Source: Squalus acanthias
Taxonomy: Eukaryota
DNA length: 64,000 bases
Assembly: GCA_030390025.1 (NCBI GenBank)
Contig: CM059432.1
Coordinates: forward strand, 97,590,001 to 97,654,000
Reading direction: 5' to 3'
Part shown: in pieces, positions 60,170-64,000 of the stretch
Position numbering within the stretch: position 1 is the first letter of the stretch
Layout: each line of letters opens with the position of its first letter
The notes under the pieces: generated by a model
Told to the model about the DNA's origin: nothing
What the model saw: the letters and a program-made list of their open reading frames with translations, nothing else
Databases searched by the model: none
Translations under genes and position numbers: made by a program

Positions 60170-61610
60170 CATCAACAACAACTTGCATTTATATAGCGCC
60201 TTAAATGTAGAAAAATGTCCTGAAGTGCTTCACATAAGTGTAATCAGACAAAAATCAACACTGAGCCAAAGAAGATGATGTTGGCCTGGATTTTAGCCAG
60301 GAGCCAAATTCTATGCAGCGGGGCTGTTGTGAGGTTGGGAAACCTAGAGGAACAGGTTTCCCAAATGTCCTGCAGAATTTAACTGCAGGGCCCATTTAAG
60401 TGAGGTTCCTGCCCACAGGCAGTCTGATCGACAGGCTGGTGGCCTTTCAGGCAGGAAGCCTGCTTCACTAGCCTAGAATAGCAGATAGGTGTATTGGGGG
60501 AGTGAGAGAGATCGCGGGGGTTCCGGACCACGTAGGGTCTGGATCGCAGGTGGGGTCCGATGGTGATCTGGTCCTGATGGTTGTCTGGGGGGCTCCCGAT
60601 TGTGTGGGGGCGCAGATGGTGGTTGGGGGGGGGGGCGTGGTTGTAAAGTTTGCGAGGGCGCGTTTACAAGGTAGTTTGTTGGGCCGGGAGGAAACACTCC
60701 TGCTCCACTTGGCCCACAAGCAGTGCTGTAAAGGCACTTACCTTATGGATTCTGCCCATCATGCCGCCTTTAAGCTGTCGGGTTTCTTGAGGCTGTGAAA
60801 CCTGACCGCCTGTGGTTAAAAATAGAATGACTGTTAAATGAAGGCAGGCAGCCTCATTATAATATTTAAATGACCAACCCGTTTCCAGCGAATGAATTCG
60901 TCGCCAGCCCCTCAGCCCACCTCCGTTAAAACTGGAAGTGGGCGGCTTCGAGACAGGTTCGATTCCTGTTCCAGATTTTTTGCATTTTAACTTCTGACAT
61001 GACCCAACCCACCCGTTTTTTTGAGTCAAGATTCAGCCCATTAAGAGGGGTGACTAAAAGTTATTCAAGATGGAGGGTTTTATAAAGGATCTTTAAGGAG
61101 GAGAGAGAGGTGGAGAGGCAGAGAGGTTTAGGGAGGGAATTCCAGATTTTAGTGCCTAGACAGCTGAAGGCACAGCTGCCAAAGGCAGGGCAAAGGGATT
61201 TTGGGATGCACAAGAGGCCGGAGTTGAAGGAACACAGAGTTCTCAGATGGTTGTAGGGCTTGAAGAGGTGAGGCCATGGATGGATTTGAAAATAATGATG
61301 AGAATATTAAATTGGAGACATTGATGGACCGGACCTGAGCACAGGAGTGAAGGGTAAGCGGGACTTTGTGTGGGTTAGGAAATGGGCAGCAGAGTTTTGG
61401 ATAAGCAGAAGTTTATGGAGGGTGGAGGATGGAAGGCTGTCCAGCAGAGCATTAGATACGTCAAGTTTGGAGGTTGCAATGGCATGGATTATGGCTTTGG
61501 CAGCAGATGGACTGAGGCATGAGTGGAGATAGGCATTGTTATGGAGGTGGAAGTAGGCAATCTTTGTGATGGAGAGGATATGGGATCAGAAGCTCAGCTC
61601 GGGGTCAACT
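60170..61610 (-). mobile_element. L2-like LINE 3' fragment interrupted by a MITE
   Basis: L2-type 3' end (GGCGCTATATAAATGCAAGTTG on minus) and WNSLP-region sequence AGGGAGGGAATTCCAGA. Confidence 0.7.
60283..61039. mobile_element. Harbinger-type MITE
   Basis: GGCCTGGATTTT / AAGATTCAGCCC ends, flanks GTT/ATT. Confidence 0.7.
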
Positions 61611-61834
61611 AATTGTGTTCTTGACGTCGTCTGAGTTGCAAAGGAGCTTTCACCATAGCACCAAGTGTCATCAGCCATGGTTGAATCAAACAATAGTCCA
61701 GGTGCACACATTATTTAGCAATGTGAATGAGACAGCACAAGGTGACGTGCAGGTGGCTGGTCATGAAGGGGAAGTGGAAGAGGTAGATAGCAGATAGGCC
61801 TAAGTTCGATATGTTGAATGCCCTCCTCAGTTTT

Positions 61835-61990
61835 TTTTTATTCATTCATGGGATGTGGGCGTTGCTGGCAAGGCCAGCATTTATTGCCCATCCCTAGTTG
61901 CCCTTGAGAAGGTGGTGGTGAGCCGCCTTCTTGAACCGCTGCAGTCCGTGTGGTGAAGGTACTCCCACAGTGCTGTTAGGGAGGGAGTTT
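61835..61990 (-). mobile_element. 3' end of the APE-RT LINE family
   Basis: Reverse complement of 33552-33702. Confidence 0.8.
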
Positions 61991-62971
61991 GCCCTCCTGA
62001 GTTGCCTTAGGATACAAACCTTGGTGGGCCTACTTTCCGACAGAGGACATTTTAACACATGTACAATATTGGAAAATAGTCTCTTGGTCCGTATCCACAG
62101 CCATGCAAGTGATGAAAAAATGGTTCTCCAGACTGCAACCTGCCTTTCAGCAGGAAGTAATCCCAGTGGCAATTTCAATTATGCAAATCGTAGACAAAGC
62201 TTCCCTCTCGAAAACTTCCACTATTTTTATGGATATTTTAGGATTCAAGATTCAAGAAGCAGTCAATGCCAGTTTTAATGTGCGAGCAGTGCTTACAGAC
62301 AAACATCAGGGAGCGATTTTAAGACCTCATAGAGAGCAATTGTTCTGCGTTCAGTCAGATTATTGAGCCCTGTGTGGAGATTGCCTCTAGCAATGACAAC
62401 TGTGAAGCAGCAGAGGAGCAATTTAATGACAGTAACATCAGTGCCAGTCCTGGGCTGCTATGTCACCCTACAGAGGCAGCTGTAGGCACAGCCTCAAAAT
62501 AAACAGAGACTCTAATGACTACAGCACAGGGCACTCGTGGCACTGTTGCAGAATACTCAAGAGTAGCCGCAGATGCAAATTCGAAGGCTTCTGAATCCCA
62601 GGCAGCTTGCCAGTTATATGAGCAGCCAACCACTATTGCTACTCCCTCATCTAGAGGAACATCCAAGGGCAGGGGCACATGAACAAACAATATAATATGT
62701 AGAGCCACAGGAAGAAATATATTAAACATCTTAGAGAAACACCTGGAATACTCATGCCTCATGCATTTATTTAACATGATTTCCCTTGGATTATAAATTT
62801 CAGAAAATCTATTCTATATTCTACAGAAGAAGTGTAATATTTTCAGAAGTAGATCAAATATGCAGAACATATGCATTTAATTTAAACAACTAAAGCAACT
62901 AGCAGTTTTCCATTTAAGACCAATAGACATTAATAGTGGAGAACTGTAGAACAAACTAGAAACTCTGGCCC

Positions 62972-63105
62972 AAAAGCAAAATACTACAGATGCTGGAAAT
63001 CTGAAATAAAAACTGAAAATGCTGGAAATACTCAGCAGATCAGGCAGCATCTGTAGAGAGAGAAACAGAGTTAATGTTTCAGGTCGATGACCTTTCATCA
63101 GAACT
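62972..63105 (-). mobile_element. Penelope pseudo-LTR fragment with hammerhead motif (63069-63105)
   Basis: agtt CTGATGA a aggtc atc gacct GAAA ca t t aact. The stem III palindrome is lost by CpG-type decay. Confidence 0.75.
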
Positions 63106-63190
63106 TTTAACAGAATTGAAGGTGGCAGGACAAATTGAGAAAGCTGTTAAAAAAACATATGGGATCATTGGCTGTATTAATAGAGGCTAT

Positions 63191-64000
63191 GGGCTGGATT
63201 TTGTCAGCCCAGAGGAGGCGGGCATGGAGGCGGGACTGCCGGTAAAGTTGCAGAGAGTGGGGGCGGATGGCAAACCCGCCCCATCCCGCCTCTGTGCCCT
63301 TTTGCCAGGAGGCGGGAAGCCATCCTGCCCCGGGTCCCATCTCCTCGAGGCGGGAAAGGGATTAAATCCTTTTAACTGCCTGTTAACAGGTAGTTAACAG
63401 GCAGAAAAAAGGATTAGTCCCATTTTACCTTTTCAAGTGCAGGCTTCCCGACATCTGAGAACCCCGCCGGGGTGGAGGAGTCGAGTAGGAGGTCTGCGGG
63501 GGTCGGAGAGGTCTGAAAGTGCAATGTAGAGGTGACTGATGGGTGCAAGTGTGGAGTGGTAAGTATGTAAGGTGATTGTAAAGTGTTATAAAATGTTCAT
63601 TTACCTTTGTTTCTGCCTACAGCCTTCAGCCACGGTGGTTCCGGAGTCCCGACATCTTCATTGTAGATTTCACAGACTGGCTGTTGGATCCTCCAAACCA
63701 ACACTCATCTGATTTCTACAAACTAGAAAGGATTGATGAGTCCTGAACACAAGGGATCATCAAACTACACAAAAAGTCAGTGTTTGACAGCTTCACAGAG
63801 CTGTCAAACGCTGACATTTCTTCTTTCAAGAAGTCTTGACAGATGGCACATCAGACGTTGATGTGCTCTCTAGTGACTTCCCCCTAATTGACCTGCTGAG
63901 CCCGCAGGACAGGCTTAACAAGGTCAATCAGGGGAAAATCCCGCTGGTTAGCCAGAGGCTGATGGAGGCGGGACTGAGACCCATTCACAAAATCCAGCCC
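63191..64000. mobile_element. Harbinger-type MITE inserted in a CR1 fragment
   Basis: GGGCTGGATTTTGT / ACAAAATCCAGCCC TIRs. The right flank lies outside the window. Confidence 0.85.

Overview
This window is eukaryotic DNA made almost entirely of transposable elements. It is very probably from a cartilaginous fish (shark), because it carries HE1-like V-SINEs, a SacSINE1-like DeuSINE and shark-type CR1/HER1 LINEs. I found no host-gene exon I can support. Contents: (1) many CR1 LINE copies, one full length; (2) an RTE LINE with a twin-priming inversion and a 14-bp TSD; (3) an APE-RT LINE family whose 5' end is a tRNA-derived SINE-like module; (4) a near-complete Penelope-like element (RT + GIY-YIG), partly caught in a recent ~3.15-kb tandem duplication; (5) two families of minimal hammerhead-ribozyme motifs on Penelope-type termini, including short TSD-flanked insertions with stem covariation; (6) a large PIF/Harbinger population. 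The Harbinger set includes one apparently intact two-gene element (44244-48727) with an open DDE transposase and a spliced Myb/SANT gene whose only visible lesion is an extra G in a homopolymer. It also includes decayed, deleted and split relatives and many MITEs with 3-bp TSDs. Family names come from recalled motifs; no database search was run, and most boundaries without a TSD are approximate.
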